Positions 10,655-21,371 of a stretch of DNA of 64,000 nucleotides are shown here, piece by piece. The stretch comes from Spirochaetia bacterium (GTDB taxonomy: Bacteria; Spirochaetota; Spirochaetia; UBA9216). Made by a program: the position numbers and the translations under genes. The notes under the pieces are model-generated. The model did not search any database, was not told the origin of the DNA, and saw nothing but the letters and a program-made list of their open reading frames with translations. How positions within the stretch are numbered: the first letter of the stretch is position 1; each line of letters opens with the position of its first letter. The DNA is taken from the NCBI GenBank assembly GCA_965140585.1, contig OZ223270.1:645360-709359 (forward strand), given 5' to 3'.

Positions 10655-11683
10655 ATGGAAAAAATGAAACAGCTTAAAGCAAAGATAAGAAACATTGTAT
10701 TTGTGCTTTCCATCCCGGCAGCTGTGTATATTGTCATGGAAATGATTGTGTATTTCGGCGCCGACACCCACTTGCTAAACTCGGTCCTGGATGTGAGAAA
10801 TCTCCTCCGGGACTTGGGTATTTCAACGTCAATAGCTTTTGGTCTTTCGCTCAATCTGGCGAGCGGTCGATTTGATCTCTCGTTGGGAGCCCAGCGATTG
10901 GTCGGTACAATCATCGGGGGCAATATAGCCGTGATGCTCGGTTTTAACGGAGTTCTTTTGCTGGTGATTTCAATGCTCTCCGGCCTGGTGTTCGGATTTA
11001 TTGTGGGAATGGTATTTATCACCTTCCGTGTGCCGCCGGTTGTGCTTGGGATCGGCATGGCTCTTATCTATGAGAGTCTTGCCTTTGCGGCGTCCTCCGG
11101 GCAGGGGCTTCAGTTATTCGGCGTACCGAATATGGGAATACTGGTAAACCCGGCTTTTACCCTGGTTGTTCTTGGTCTCATTATGGTCGGTATGTATGTG
11201 CTCTTTTCATGGACAAAATTCAGGTATGAACTGAATGCTGTTCAGGGCTCCCAGAAGATCGCACACGAATCAGGTGTGAATATATTTCGTCATGTTGTAA
11301 TCTGCTACACACTCGCCGGCGCACTGGTTTCAGTTTCAGGTGTTTTCAACGCGGCTTTTACAGGGTCAATGACTCCCACAATCGGTCTTACCAGTAACGG
11401 AGCGGTTGTCGCCATGTGCTTTCCCATGTTTATCGGAAATTACCTGGCCAGGAGATCAAACATGGCCGTTGGAATCCTTATGGGAACCCTTGCTCTGAAG
11501 TTTTTTGTCCTCGGTTTAACGGCCCTGAAACTGCCGTCGGCGCTGCAGTTAGCACTGAATATGTTTGCATTCATCGGGTTTCTGGTTTTCCTCGCCAATC
11601 AGGATGTCTTCAAAATTCGTCGTGCAAGGCACGCAAGAATAAAGGAAGCTGCTGCAATGAAACTAAGCTTGGGCAGGGCCTAG
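10655..11683 (+). CDS. Sugar ABC transporter permease (RbsC type)
   Basis: GRFDLSLGA and FRVPPVVLGIG motifs, multi-TM. Confidence 0.9.
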   Translation: MEKMKQLKAKIRNIVFVLSIPAAVYIVMEMIVYFGADTHLLNSVLDVRNLLRDLGISTSIAFGLSLNLASGRFDLSLGAQRLVGTIIGGNIAVMLGFNGVLLLVISMLSGLVFGFIVGMVFITFRVPPVVLGIGMALIYESLAFAASSGQGLQLFGVPNMGILVNPAFTLVVLGLIMVGMYVLFSWTKFRYELNAVQGSQKIAHESGVNIFRHVVICYTLAGALVSVSGVFNAAFTGSMTPTIGLTSNGAVVAMCFPMFIGNYLARRSNMAVGILMGTLALKFFVLGLTALKLPSALQLALNMFAFIGFLVFLANQDVFKIRRARHARIKEAAAMKLSLGRA

Positions 11684-11721
11684 AAACGTTTTAACTCTTT
11701 GTTAAATACGGAGCAGAATAA

Positions 11722-12408
11722 ATGTAGCCGAATATACTCATTTTTAATCCTGACCAGATGAGGCGTGATGCACTCGGCCATCTTGGAAGCGATGCAGCGA
11801 TAATCCCTCATATTGATAAATTTGCTTCAGAAGATGCTGTTTCTTTCAGCAGCGCTTATAGTCAAAACCCGGTTTGTGTGCCCAGCCGCTGCAGTTTCCT
11901 TAGCGGTTTATATCCTCATGTCCGAGGGCATCGAACATTGAGTCACATGCTTCATCAGGATGAATCTTCTCTCTTTAAAGAATTGTTAGACGACGGTTAT
12001 TATGTATGGATGAATCCCCGGAACGATTTTCTTCCTGCACAGAATGAAGGTGTTTTTGATGATACCTCTATATATGTATTAAGTGATCATGGTGATTATA
12101 TAGGAGATTATGGGATTGCTGAGAAGATACAAAATACCTTTGAAGAATGCCTGGTAAATGTGCCGTTTATGATTAAACCTCAGAAATATGAGATTGCGCA
12201 TACTAAAGCAACAATGATACGTTTAGAAAACTTTAAATATATTCGTCGTCTTTATGAGCAGGACAAAAGATTCAATTTTGAAATGATTAGGAACAGGGTG
12301 AAAAGATTATGTCCTGAACAACTGGTAGAGGAAGTACAGTCTGATATCAGGAATGGTGCAGATTTATTTCAGCTTTTACAGCGATTAAGGCAGATGAAAT
12401 CTACATGA
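11722..12408 (+). pseudogene. Sulfatase pseudogene (stop at codon 2, large internal deletions)
   Basis: ATG-TAG at 11722-11727 precedes PNILIFNPDQMRRD. The CVPSR formylglycine motif and SDHGD motif are retained but only ~65 aa apart, and the total is ~230 aa, well short of a typical sulfatase. Confidence 0.8.
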
Positions 12409-12873
12409 TAATTAAGAATATATAGATTTTAGATCCTGATAGTTAGTTGGGTTGAACCCTTGCCCGTATGGGACCCTATGATACCGAAAGCATCGCAAGC
12501 CCGAAGTAGCCGTGGAAAGGGGCGGAGAACTGCCAGGAAATCGGCAAAATCTTTCATGTGAGACCTCCATATATTTTTTACTTTTAGTCAAAAATATCCT
12601 CATCTATTTATAGAAATCCCTGTATCCCCTTCCTCCGGGTTTACAATTATTCTCGTAAAGAGAATGTATTATCTGTTGAATGAAAACCGGCAGGTCACTT
12701 GCGGAATTTCTATCGGCGAGAACCTGTTGGAAATTTATCAAAATTCGACAGAGAACATGGTTCTACCATACGTGTGGAAACCAGCGTTTGATGCAAAGCA
12801 AAACTAAATAGTGCTTCAGATTCCCCGGTATCTGGCCGGTGGGATCATGAAATAAAAAAACGGAGGAAAAAGA

Positions 12874-14490
12874 ATGAAGAAATCTGTAAAAATTATGTTT
12901 TTCATTACTCTCGTGGCTATCGCCACACTTGTTATGTCATGCGTCAGTTCATCTGGTTCGGAACAAGCAGCCACCCAACATATGGATTCAGAATCTATAT
13001 TGGTAGATGGTGGAAGTATTAGTGGAATTTATTCTGCTGATGGTAAAGTTAAAATTTTTAAGGGCATTCCTTTCGCGGCGCCACCGGTCGGTGATCTGCG
13101 ATGGAAAGCTCCACAGCCTGTAATAGCATGGGATGGGGTCAAAGAGTGTAATGATTATTCAAATTATGCTTTTCAGAATCCTTTGGCTCCCTATGGACCT
13201 TATACGGCGGAATTTAAACCTGACTCGGAGAAAGTTCCCTCTGAAGACTGTCTTTATTTGAATGTCTGGACTAAAAATGAAAAAATGTCTGAAAAACTTC
13301 CCGTTGTAGTTTTCATTCATGGAGGCGGTAATACTTCGGGTACATCGGGTAGCTTTGTCTATGAAGGGGAGAATCTTGCCCGAAAAGATGTTGTTTTTGT
13401 AAGTATCAACTACAGATTGGGTCTTTTCGGTTTTCTTGCGCATCCGGAGTTATCAGCAGAATCCGAGGATGGTGTATCAGGGAATTACGCCATTCTGGAT
13501 CAGATTGCTGCATTAAACTGGATTCAGAACAATATCGAAAAATTCGGGGGAGATCCGGATAATGTGACTCTCGTAGGGCAGTCTGCCGGTTCCATGGATA
13601 TTCAGTACCTTATTTCTTCACCCATGGCCAAGGGCCTTTTTGATAATGCGGTTACCATGAGTGCTAACGTGATATTGGACTCCCTGCCGCCTTTAGCCGT
13701 AAAGGAAGAAGAAACAGTAAATTTGTTGAGTGGAAAAACTATTGATGAATTGAGGGCTATGGAACCGGAGGAATTGTTAAAGATCCGGTATAACGCCGTA
13801 CCGGTTCTTGATGGTAAAGTTTTAGATAGAGATTTACTTGATTCTTACACAGAAGGCTCTGCCGGTGATGTTAATCTCATGACGGGTATGGTTACTCAGG
13901 ACTCTGTACTGTTTCCTTTTCTCCCGAAAATTGGAGTCAAAAAGTTCTGGCTTCCGATGACAAGTATTTCCAAAGAAGATTACATATCTGTTGTTGAACA
14001 AACTCTTGGCCCATTGGCTGAAGAGGCTCTTGCTTTATACGCACCGAAATCATCTGAATGCATTGATCAGTATAATGAAATGAATCAGGATTATACGATG
14101 GCTTTACAGTCTTTTGTGGGAACTGTAAGAGAGATCAAGTATAAAAAATCAACATACATATATAAATTTACTCAGCTGATGCCTGGCCCTGAGGCGTCGC
14201 TTAATGGTGTTTTCCATACATCCGATGTTCCATACTGGTTGAATAATTTCTCACCTGTAAAAGCAGATTACTGGGCAGGTATCGATTATAAGATTGGCGA
14301 TATTATGTCATCATATTTGGTGAATTTCGCTAAAACAGGAAATCCGAATGGCGCCGGACTTCCCGAGTGGGATTCTTTTAATCGTGAAGAGATATCCTAT
14401 TTGAAAATTGGAGATCCGATTACGACTGTCAAATTCAGTACCGAAAAGTATAATTTCTGGAAAGAATATCTTTCAACTGCAGGATTGTAA
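12874..14490 (+). CDS. Type-B carboxylesterase, lipoprotein
   Basis: Lipobox LVMSC. Motifs FKGIPFAAPPVGDLRW, SEDCLYLNVW, HGGG, GQSAG and FHTSD. Confidence 0.93.
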   Translation: MKKSVKIMFFITLVAIATLVMSCVSSSGSEQAATQHMDSESILVDGGSISGIYSADGKVKIFKGIPFAAPPVGDLRWKAPQPVIAWDGVKECNDYSNYAFQNPLAPYGPYTAEFKPDSEKVPSEDCLYLNVWTKNEKMSEKLPVVVFIHGGGNTSGTSGSFVYEGENLARKDVVFVSINYRLGLFGFLAHPELSAESEDGVSGNYAILDQIAALNWIQNNIEKFGGDPDNVTLVGQSAGSMDIQYLISSPMAKGLFDNAVTMSANVILDSLPPLAVKEEETVNLLSGKTIDELRAMEPEELLKIRYNAVPVLDGKVLDRDLLDSYTEGSAGDVNLMTGMVTQDSVLFPFLPKIGVKKFWLPMTSISKEDYISVVEQTLGPLAEEALALYAPKSSECIDQYNEMNQDYTMALQSFVGTVREIKYKKSTYIYKFTQLMPGPEASLNGVFHTSDVPYWLNNFSPVKADYWAGIDYKIGDIMSSYLVNFAKTGNPNGAGLPEWDSFNREEISYLKIGDPITTVKFSTEKYNFWKEYLSTAGL

Positions 14491-14500
14491 ATTCAGTATT

Positions 14501-14535
14501 GTCCCGGCATTTATATTTTAAATAAATGCCGGGAC
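14501..14535. terminator. Probable bidirectional terminator hairpin
   Basis: GTCCCGGCATTTAT / ATAAATGCCGGGAC inverted repeat between convergent genes. Confidence 0.75.
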
Positions 14536-14597
14536 TAAATATTTTCTATTTTAAACAGCTTTTAGCGTGTGAATGTAAAAAGATAACCATCGGTCTT

Positions 14598-15845
14598 TTA
14601 TATAACTCTGGGCAGGGTTGAACCCCCATACGGCATCACTATAATAGAAGCGTTCTTCCCAAGCCTTTCAAGTGCATCATCCAGAGCTTTTCCAACACTA
14701 TTAAAAGGTTTCATAAAAATTGATTTTACAAGATCATCGTTTAACTCTGAAACAAGATAGATATCAGCATCTTCAAGAACCAGGGCAATAGCAGCTGCTT
14801 TATGTCCTCCTAATTGAAAATTCGATTTGATCCTTTTTATAAGTGACTGTGAATCCGGTGCAGAAAGCAGCCATTCTTCAAAAACATCCTCACCAAAACC
14901 TTCAGCACAGGAGCCGACCAATATAATTATCCCGCCTTTTCTTACAGCATGTTTTGCATTATCCAGAGCTTTTTGGGTTTGATATAAATTAAGATCTTTC
15001 GGTGCTCCGCCCTGTGAAACTATTACGATATCTGCACGAGACTTGATATTTTTCAGATAGAGTTTATCGAGAAAGTCACACCCTCTACGGTGAGCCTTGA
15101 TGAAATCTCCGGCTACCGCAAATATAACCTTTTTATGTGCATCAAGTACCACATTAACAATAAAGTCTATAGGACATATCCGCCCGGCCTCTTCAATATC
15201 ATCCCGGACAGGATTTCCTTCCAGCCGGCCGGCAATTGCTTCGGGCTGTATCATTTTACTGTGATTTGACTGTATTGCTCTTCGGGTAGATACGCCAGGC
15301 ATGATTGCTTTTGCGCCTCCGCTGTATCCTGCAAAATAATGGTACTCAATATTTCCAAGACATATTCTTCTATCTGCTTCAGCTACTCTCCTAGTAATCT
15401 CCACAGGGGTTCCGCCCGATGTGACCCCCATTGTTATGATATCATTGGGATTTGAATCTACACAGTATATTTCCTTGACAATCTCTGAACCGGCAAGTTT
15501 CTCAAATTCCTGAATAGTATGATTCCGATGAATTCCAAGAGCGAAAACAACCGTTATATCCTCTTTTGCTATACCTGCAGATAATAATTCATCCAGTAAA
15601 ACAGGCAATACAATAGAGGTCGGAAACGGTCTGGTAATATCACTTGTAATAATTACAATTTTCTCCCCCGGTTTTATAATGTTACTTATTCGTTCTGTAC
15701 CTATAGGATTACGAATGGCCCGCAACACTTCCTCTTTACCGGAAGATAATATCTCTACGTCATTTGGTTCCAGTATATCAAGAATATTTTCCTCAGGAAT
15801 CTCTACTTCCTGAGGGCTTTTTCCAAATCCTAGTGACAACTTCAT
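14598..15845 (-). CDS. larA: LarA-family nickel-pincer 2-hydroxyacid racemase/epimerase
   Basis: Motifs SDITRP, ALGIHR, HYFAGYSGGAK, DLNLYQTQKAL and CAEGFG. Confidence 0.88.
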   Translation of the reverse strand: MKLSLGFGKSPQEVEIPEENILDILEPNDVEILSSGKEEVLRAIRNPIGTERISNIIKPGEKIVIITSDITRPFPTSIVLPVLLDELLSAGIAKEDITVVFALGIHRNHTIQEFEKLAGSEIVKEIYCVDSNPNDIITMGVTSGGTPVEITRRVAEADRRICLGNIEYHYFAGYSGGAKAIMPGVSTRRAIQSNHSKMIQPEAIAGRLEGNPVRDDIEEAGRICPIDFIVNVVLDAHKKVIFAVAGDFIKAHRRGCDFLDKLYLKNIKSRADIVIVSQGGAPKDLNLYQTQKALDNAKHAVRKGGIIILVGSCAEGFGEDVFEEWLLSAPDSQSLIKRIKSNFQLGGHKAAAIALVLEDADIYLVSELNDDLVKSIFMKPFNSVGKALDDALERLGKNASIIVMPYGGSTLPRVI

Positions 15846-15847
15846 AA

Positions 15848-17026
15848 TCAGATCCTCATTCTTGCAACACCGCTTTCACGGGCAGCTTCAATTACTGCGC
15901 TCGAAACAGAGTCCTTAACCCTTGATTCAAATGCCTTTGGAATTATATATTCCGGACAAAGTTCAGAATCACTAACAAGCCCTGCCAGCGCATACGCAGC
16001 AGCTATCTTCATTTCATCATTTATATCAGAAGCCCTAACGTCAAGCGCACCACGGAAAATCCCCGGAAACGCCAAAACATTATTTATCTGATTGGGAAAA
16101 TCACTTCTTCCGGTACCTACTACTGCAGCACCTGCGACCAGCGCCTGTTCAGGCATAATTTCAGGGGTAGGATTTGCCATAGGAAAGAGAATAGGCTCTT
16201 CTGCCATCGATTTCACCATTTCTGCAGTCACAGTACCCGGTGCTGATACTCCAATAAAAACATCTGCTCCCTTTATCACCTCTGTAAGGCTGCCTTTTTC
16301 TTTATTTTTATTAGTTATTAAAGATAACTCATCTTTTTCCGTATTAAGTCCTGACCGGCCGGTATAGATAGCGCCTTGCCTGTCGCACATAGTTACATTC
16401 TCAAGACCTAATGAGATAAGAAGTTTTATTATTGCTACACCCGCGGCACCAGCCCCGCTTGTTACGACCTTAATCTTTTTCAGTTCTTTCCCTGTTAGCT
16501 TCAATGCATTTATCATAGCAGCCAGAACAACGACAGCGGTTCCATGCTGATCATCATGAAAAATTGGAATATCACAGCGCTCTTTTAATTTTCGTTCTAT
16601 CTCAAAGCAGCGAGGTGCTGATATATCTTCAAGGTTTATTCCGCCGAAACTACCCGCCAAAAGAGCGCAGGTTTCTACTATAGTATCAACCTCTTTGGAA
16701 CGAATACATAGCGGAACAGCATCTACATTACCAAAACTTTTAAAAAGAACACATTTCCCTTCCATTACCGGCATTGCAGCTTCCGGTCCGATATCACCCA
16801 AGCCTAAAACTGCCGTACCGTCGGTAACTACAGCAACCGTATTCCATCGTCCCGTCAACTCATAACTTTTATCAGGATCTTTCTGTATTTCCAGACAAGG
16901 CTGGGCTACACCAGGAGTATAAGCAAGAGATAAATCTTCTTTTGTTGATACTTTCATTTTGGGAACAATCTCAAATTTTCCTCTCCATTCGGCGTGAAGC
17001 TTAAGAGATTCCTTTGCATAATCCAT
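15848..17026 (-). CDS. NAD(P)-dependent malic enzyme
   Basis: Motifs AYTPGVA, VTDGTAVLGLG, FHDDQHGTA, GAGAAG and GRSDFPNQINNVLAFPG. Confidence 0.96.
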   Translation of the reverse strand: MDYAKESLKLHAEWRGKFEIVPKMKVSTKEDLSLAYTPGVAQPCLEIQKDPDKSYELTGRWNTVAVVTDGTAVLGLGDIGPEAAMPVMEGKCVLFKSFGNVDAVPLCIRSKEVDTIVETCALLAGSFGGINLEDISAPRCFEIERKLKERCDIPIFHDDQHGTAVVVLAAMINALKLTGKELKKIKVVTSGAGAAGVAIIKLLISLGLENVTMCDRQGAIYTGRSGLNTEKDELSLITNKNKEKGSLTEVIKGADVFIGVSAPGTVTAEMVKSMAEEPILFPMANPTPEIMPEQALVAGAAVVGTGRSDFPNQINNVLAFPGIFRGALDVRASDINDEMKIAAAYALAGLVSDSELCPEYIIPKAFESRVKDSVSSAVIEAARESGVARMRI

Positions 17027-17126
17027 AATAACCCTCCAGGTATTTTTCTACTTAACTTATATTGAGAATATTGAATTTTGATCATTCCTTTAGGGAAGAT
17101 TCACTAATAATAAAAACGTCATAGTA

Positions 17127-17163
17127 ATCAGGGAATGCCTTCATCGTTTTGACATTCCCTGAT
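17127..17163 (-). terminator. Stem-loop downstream of DASS transporter
   Basis: ATCAGGGAATG / CATTCCCTGAT inverted repeat in the intergenic region. Confidence 0.55.
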
Positions 17164-17195
17164 AGTAACTGTGAATATGGGGGTAATTAAACTAA

Positions 17196-18467
17196 TTAAT
17201 AAAAAGGATATAAAATGGGTAAGAAAAGAATACTGAATATTGCTACTATGACAACTAAGGGTAATCCAGCTTTAAAATAATCAATAAGCTTATAACCTCC
17301 TGGACCCATTATCAAAGCCTGTGGAGGACTGGCCATTGGAGTTAATATTGATGTACAGCCGGCAATTAAAACTCCCATAACAAGAGCCCTGGGATCAACA
17401 CCAATTTTTACACCAGCCACTGATACAAGTGGAATAAAAATCATAATTGTAGCGATATTTGACATAACCTGTGTCATTACTAATGGGACAAGGAAAAAAA
17501 CAGCCATAATAATATATGGACTGGATGTATTTCCTAACATCAGGATTAGTTTCTCTGCGACCAAATCACCTGCGCCTGTTACTTTAATTGCATTAGATAA
17601 TGGCAGTACACCTGCAAATAAAAATACTGTCGGCATATGAATGGAGGATAAAGCCTCATTTTCAGTTAAGACTCCAAAGATCACCAGAGCAACAGCACCA
17701 AAGGAGGCAAGTATAAACATATCTATTCCAAGCCGTTTGGAAAACAGCATTGAAACAATAGTTGCAATGATAATTATTATAGCAATCTTTTCCTTAGCAG
17801 GGCTTAAAGCCTGTGTTTTCTTTAATTTTATATTATCTTCAAAACTTTCATTTGGAATTTCGGGCAATAACTTCCATCCGATAAAAGACATATAAACAAG
17901 TGCAATCACCATAACAGGCAATCTGGCAATTGTAAAATCCCAGATGCCAAAAGGAACTGTTCCGCCAGCTTTCATCATGATATCACTGAAAGCCAGATTG
18001 CTTGCTCCCTGACCAAGGAATGTCATACCAGCTCCAACATTGGCAACACACATTGCAGGATAAAGCAGTCGGCTGCGGCTGGTTCCAATCTCATTCGCTA
18101 TTCCAATTAATAGTGGCATCATTATCGCACCGGCGGCTGTCGCACTAGTTAAAACAGCAAGCAGTCCTGCTACAACACATGCAATCAATATCAAAGTTTT
18201 AGGTTTTTCTTTATAACTTATTACAATTGATTGCGTTCGGTCCAGGATGCTTGTTCTGGTTAACCCGGCACCTATAACAAACATTGCAACAAACATAACT
18301 ACATTCTTGTTTACAAATCCTGATAAAGCTTCTGCCGGTGTTGAAACTTTTGTTAATATCAATGCCAGAATTATACCTGTTGAGATAACTGAAAAACGGA
18401 TTTTACCTGAAATGAAAGCTGCTATTGTACACAGTAAAATAACAACTGTAATTTGTAATGGACTCAT
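17196..18467 (-). CDS. SLC13/DASS-family di/tricarboxylate transporter
   Basis: About 12 TM segments. Motifs MTQVMSNIAT and LTPMASPPQALIMGPGGYK. Confidence 0.88.
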   Translation of the reverse strand: MSPLQITVVILLCTIAAFISGKIRFSVISTGIILALILTKVSTPAEALSGFVNKNVVMFVAMFVIGAGLTRTSILDRTQSIVISYKEKPKTLILIACVVAGLLAVLTSATAAGAIMMPLLIGIANEIGTSRSRLLYPAMCVANVGAGMTFLGQGASNLAFSDIMMKAGGTVPFGIWDFTIARLPVMVIALVYMSFIGWKLLPEIPNESFEDNIKLKKTQALSPAKEKIAIIIIIATIVSMLFSKRLGIDMFILASFGAVALVIFGVLTENEALSSIHMPTVFLFAGVLPLSNAIKVTGAGDLVAEKLILMLGNTSSPYIIMAVFFLVPLVMTQVMSNIATIMIFIPLVSVAGVKIGVDPRALVMGVLIAGCTSILTPMASPPQALIMGPGGYKLIDYFKAGLPLVVIVAIFSILFLPILYPFY

Positions 18468-18485
18468 ATTTTCAACCTCTTATTT

Positions 18486-19337
18486 TTACAACTTATTAAT
18501 GCTTACACCTATATCATACCAGGCCCATGGTTCCGGAAGAAGAAAAGCTGCACCTGAAGATAATTTTTTAATGTTAACTGCAACTTCTTTGAAATATTCT
18601 TCCGTCTTCTCTTTCCCCCATCTTCTATATATAACATCCATATGAAATGGTATGATAAGTTGCGCATGATATTTTACAAATAATTCTGCCAGTTCTTCAG
18701 GAGTAACCTGGCCATCACCAAAAAGATCCGCTCCTCCTTTTCGTACTCCAGCCTGTCGGATGACAACATTTGGAGCATTCTGAAAACACCAGTCAAATAT
18801 GCCATTGGAATAAGTCTGACCTGAAACGGTTAAGATCTTAAAGCTATTTTTTGTTGTAATCATATAATCCGTTGATTCAATATTTCCCCAGTCATCACAT
18901 TCTTTATGTCCTGGAATTCCGAGTTCTTTCATTGCTATATCATTATCATCTGAATATAAGCGGGAACCTGTTGGATTATGTTTTGCCTGTAGTATATTTA
19001 ATTTGAAATCATCTGTAACAATCTCTTGACCGGGATATACCGGAAAAATATTGTCATAGGAAATTTTATGAAATTTTAATATCGGAACAGTCGAATTACT
19101 GCCGGCAAAAACCTTGGAATTAAATTTTCTGACTAAGTCACCAAGATTGATATCATGATCAAAATGTGCATGTGTAAGCAGAATATAATCAGCACCTGTT
19201 ATTTCATCAATCGAGTGCCCTTCCATATGAGGCCCTGTAAAGAATGGATCAATTATTATTACTTTTCCATTTTCGAGAACGATTTCATGCGCACATCCTG
19301 CATTAAATGTTCTTAGCTTAATACTTCTTGAAAACAC
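18486..19337 (-). CDS. MBL-fold metallo-hydrolase (UlaG-like)
   Basis: Motifs IIIDPF, THAHFDHD and IPFHMD. GTG start after AGGAGG. Confidence 0.85.
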   Translation of the reverse strand: MFSRSIKLRTFNAGCAHEIVLENGKVIIIDPFFTGPHMEGHSIDEITGADYILLTHAHFDHDINLGDLVRKFNSKVFAGSNSTVPILKFHKISYDNIFPVYPGQEIVTDDFKLNILQAKHNPTGSRLYSDDNDIAMKELGIPGHKECDDWGNIESTDYMITTKNSFKILTVSGQTYSNGIFDWCFQNAPNVVIRQAGVRKGGADLFGDGQVTPEELAELFVKYHAQLIIPFHMDVIYRRWGKEKTEEYFKEVAVNIKKLSSGAAFLLPEPWAWYDIGVSINKL

Positions 19338-19360
19338 CTGTTTCTCCTCCTAAATTGAAG

Positions 19361-19419
19361 TTGAATAAGTGTATTTCAAGAAATATCGTGCGTCAAATTC
19401 AATTTTTTCAAGAAATATC
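19361..19419. promoter_or_regulatory. Candidate LysR operator region
   Basis: 14-bp direct repeat TTTCAAGAAATATC at 19374-19387 and 19406-19419 (32-bp period), plus TTGAA-N9-TTCAA palindrome at 19361-19379, upstream of the MBL gene. Confidence 0.45.
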
Positions 19420-19448
19420 AACTTTTAGTCATCATTATCTGAAAAAAA

Positions 19449-20363
19449 TTATTTTGAATATTTATCTATGAAAATATCCATTAAAATTTTTACATGATCG
19501 ATTGAATGGTTCCGATTCCAAACCAGACATAATTCCCGTCTTTCCGGCTTTTCTCCAAAAGACAATGGAATAATTTTATCAATAAATTTTTCCGAAACTA
19601 TTGGTTTATCCAGAGTAATCGTTATACCGAGATTATTTGCTACACATAAAAGTGACAAATCGACTGTTGGAACCTGAATATCTGTCTTTGGTTTAATATC
19701 ATAACTTTGAAATACGTAATCAGAAAACTTCTTAATTTTTTGCTGAGGATACAGCATTATGAAATTTTCTTGCTCAAACAGCTTAATATCTACCCAGGGA
19801 TATCTGAATTCTTTCTTAGTAACTGCTTTTTTGATCAATGGATGATTGGCGGGAACTGCTAAAACGAATTCCTCAAATGAAAGTTTTTGATATAGAAATT
19901 TATCCACACGGTTTTCAACCGTCATGATTGCAAAATCCAAGCGGCTGTCTTCAATCATTTTAAGTAGTTTAACTGTCGTGTTTCCAAAAAAAATAATATC
20001 TATTTCCGGATACTTTGATTTAAATTCAGGCATTATTTCTGAAATGATATTTTCAGACTGAATCAAAGGAAACCCAAAATGAATTCTTCCTGAGCGATGT
20101 TCAGCAATATCAATCATCTCATTATGCATTTTCTTCTGTAGGATTGAAATTTTTCTTGCACATTCAATATACCGTGTTCCAGCATATGTCAAATCAAATT
20201 TCTTTCCCACTCTGTCAAATAATGTAACGCCTAATTCCTGCTCTTTATTTTTTACAAACTTGCTTAATGCCGAAGGAGTGATACATAATTTTTCTGCAGC
20301 TCTGATAATACTTTTGTATTTTGCAACTTCAATTATATAATCGGTATTTCTATCCATAATCAA
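19449..20363 (-). CDS. LysR-family transcriptional regulator
   Basis: N-terminal HTH SIIRAAEKLCITPSALSKFVKNKEQELGVTLFDR...LTYAG, 304 aa. Confidence 0.95.
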   Translation of the reverse strand: MIMDRNTDYIIEVAKYKSIIRAAEKLCITPSALSKFVKNKEQELGVTLFDRVGKKFDLTYAGTRYIECARKISILQKKMHNEMIDIAEHRSGRIHFGFPLIQSENIISEIMPEFKSKYPEIDIIFFGNTTVKLLKMIEDSRLDFAIMTVENRVDKFLYQKLSFEEFVLAVPANHPLIKKAVTKKEFRYPWVDIKLFEQENFIMLYPQQKIKKFSDYVFQSYDIKPKTDIQVPTVDLSLLCVANNLGITITLDKPIVSEKFIDKIIPLSFGEKPERRELCLVWNRNHSIDHVKILMDIFIDKYSK

Positions 20364-20445
20364 TCCTTGTTTTACGAATCCATAAAATAAGTTTTTTTAA
20401 AACATATAATATCATAGTGCCTTCAAATTTTATATTTGATTTTTC

Positions 20446-20918
20446 ATCAATCCCCTGATGTGGTCGTTGATGATTATAATAATCAACTTACGATTTGAAG
20501 ATTCTCCGAATCTGTTTCTTTGAGAAAAGCAGAAAATGCTCCAGCGCTTCTCTTCCAATAGTTTCATTGACTTGCTCTACAAATGCATTCATATTTTGTG
20601 AAGCCAGAGAGATGTCAACATGCGGCTGAATAAGTCACTGCTTCCTGAATACTATTTACTGTTGTGTAATGAATATCAATGTGATTTTCTTCAGCTCATT
20701 ATCAATCTTTTTATAATCTCAGAGATAGTTTTCCTTCTTCAAGAGCAACATTGTTAAAATAATGCTTTTCCTTTTTCTGAAAAATTTATTGAAAATTGAT
20801 ATGAGCAGAAAACATAAGAAGCTGAACATGATTTGATTATAACCAGGAGTTGTAATGTGGTAAATTTACCTAATAAAAACAGTCGAATGTCCCGGATGTA
20901 AAAAAAATAAACCACAGG
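20446..20918 (-). mobile_element. Degraded IS remnant (rve/integrase-core transposase, IS3/IS481-like), left end plus internally deleted transposase
   Basis: The minus strand gives an N-terminus MFSFLCFLLISIFNKFFRKRKSIILTMLLLKKEN and a core fragment QNMNAFVEQVNETIGREALEHFLLFSKKQIRRIFKS*VDYYNHQRPHQGID. Terminal sequence CCTGTGGTTTATTTTTTTTACATCC. Confidence 0.75.
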
Positions 20919-21123
20919 TTCTTTTCCAAAATGAGTCTGGAAATTCAAATTGTAGTGTAATCCTTACAGAACACTTCGGTATAAGCTACATAAACTTCCC
21001 CAATCCTGACATTCGATTTCTAACCCCATCCACTAAACTTTTAGAAGAGAAATGAGGGGTATTATGCCTGTGCGGATAATCTATGAAAATAAAGCATGAT
21101 TTCTTATCGGAATGTTGGTTGCC

Positions 21124-21371
21124 ACATTGGTCTGTCATTCCGTCCCGGAATCGGTTACGGAGGGATGCTCCACATCAGCGAGTATGACCCGGGCTTAGGT
21201 TCTGCCTTTGGATTGTTCTATGACAGCCTGGTTAGCCTGTCGGTCTTTACTACCTATGCCCTGAATCCTGAACTGGAAATATATGTTAACCCCGAATTCC
21301 TCATGGTATTCGGCGCAGACGCCATGAATATGGTTATACCTCTGGGCATCGGCCTCCAGTTCAATCTGTAG
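21124..21371 (+). pseudogene. 5'-truncated copy of the small outer-membrane beta-barrel gene
   Basis: Nearly identical to the C-terminal ~80 aa of 25707..26267, but lacks the signal peptide and N-terminal half. Adjacent to the IS remnant. Confidence 0.85.

Noticed and set aside
12420-12570. GC-richer intergenic patch with faint group II intron domain V resemblance and a 42-aa minus-strand ORF (MKDFADFLAVL...) behind GGAGG
   Set aside because: The domain V stem and catalytic triad cannot be formed convincingly and the peptide is not recognisable. It is probably a gene remnant.
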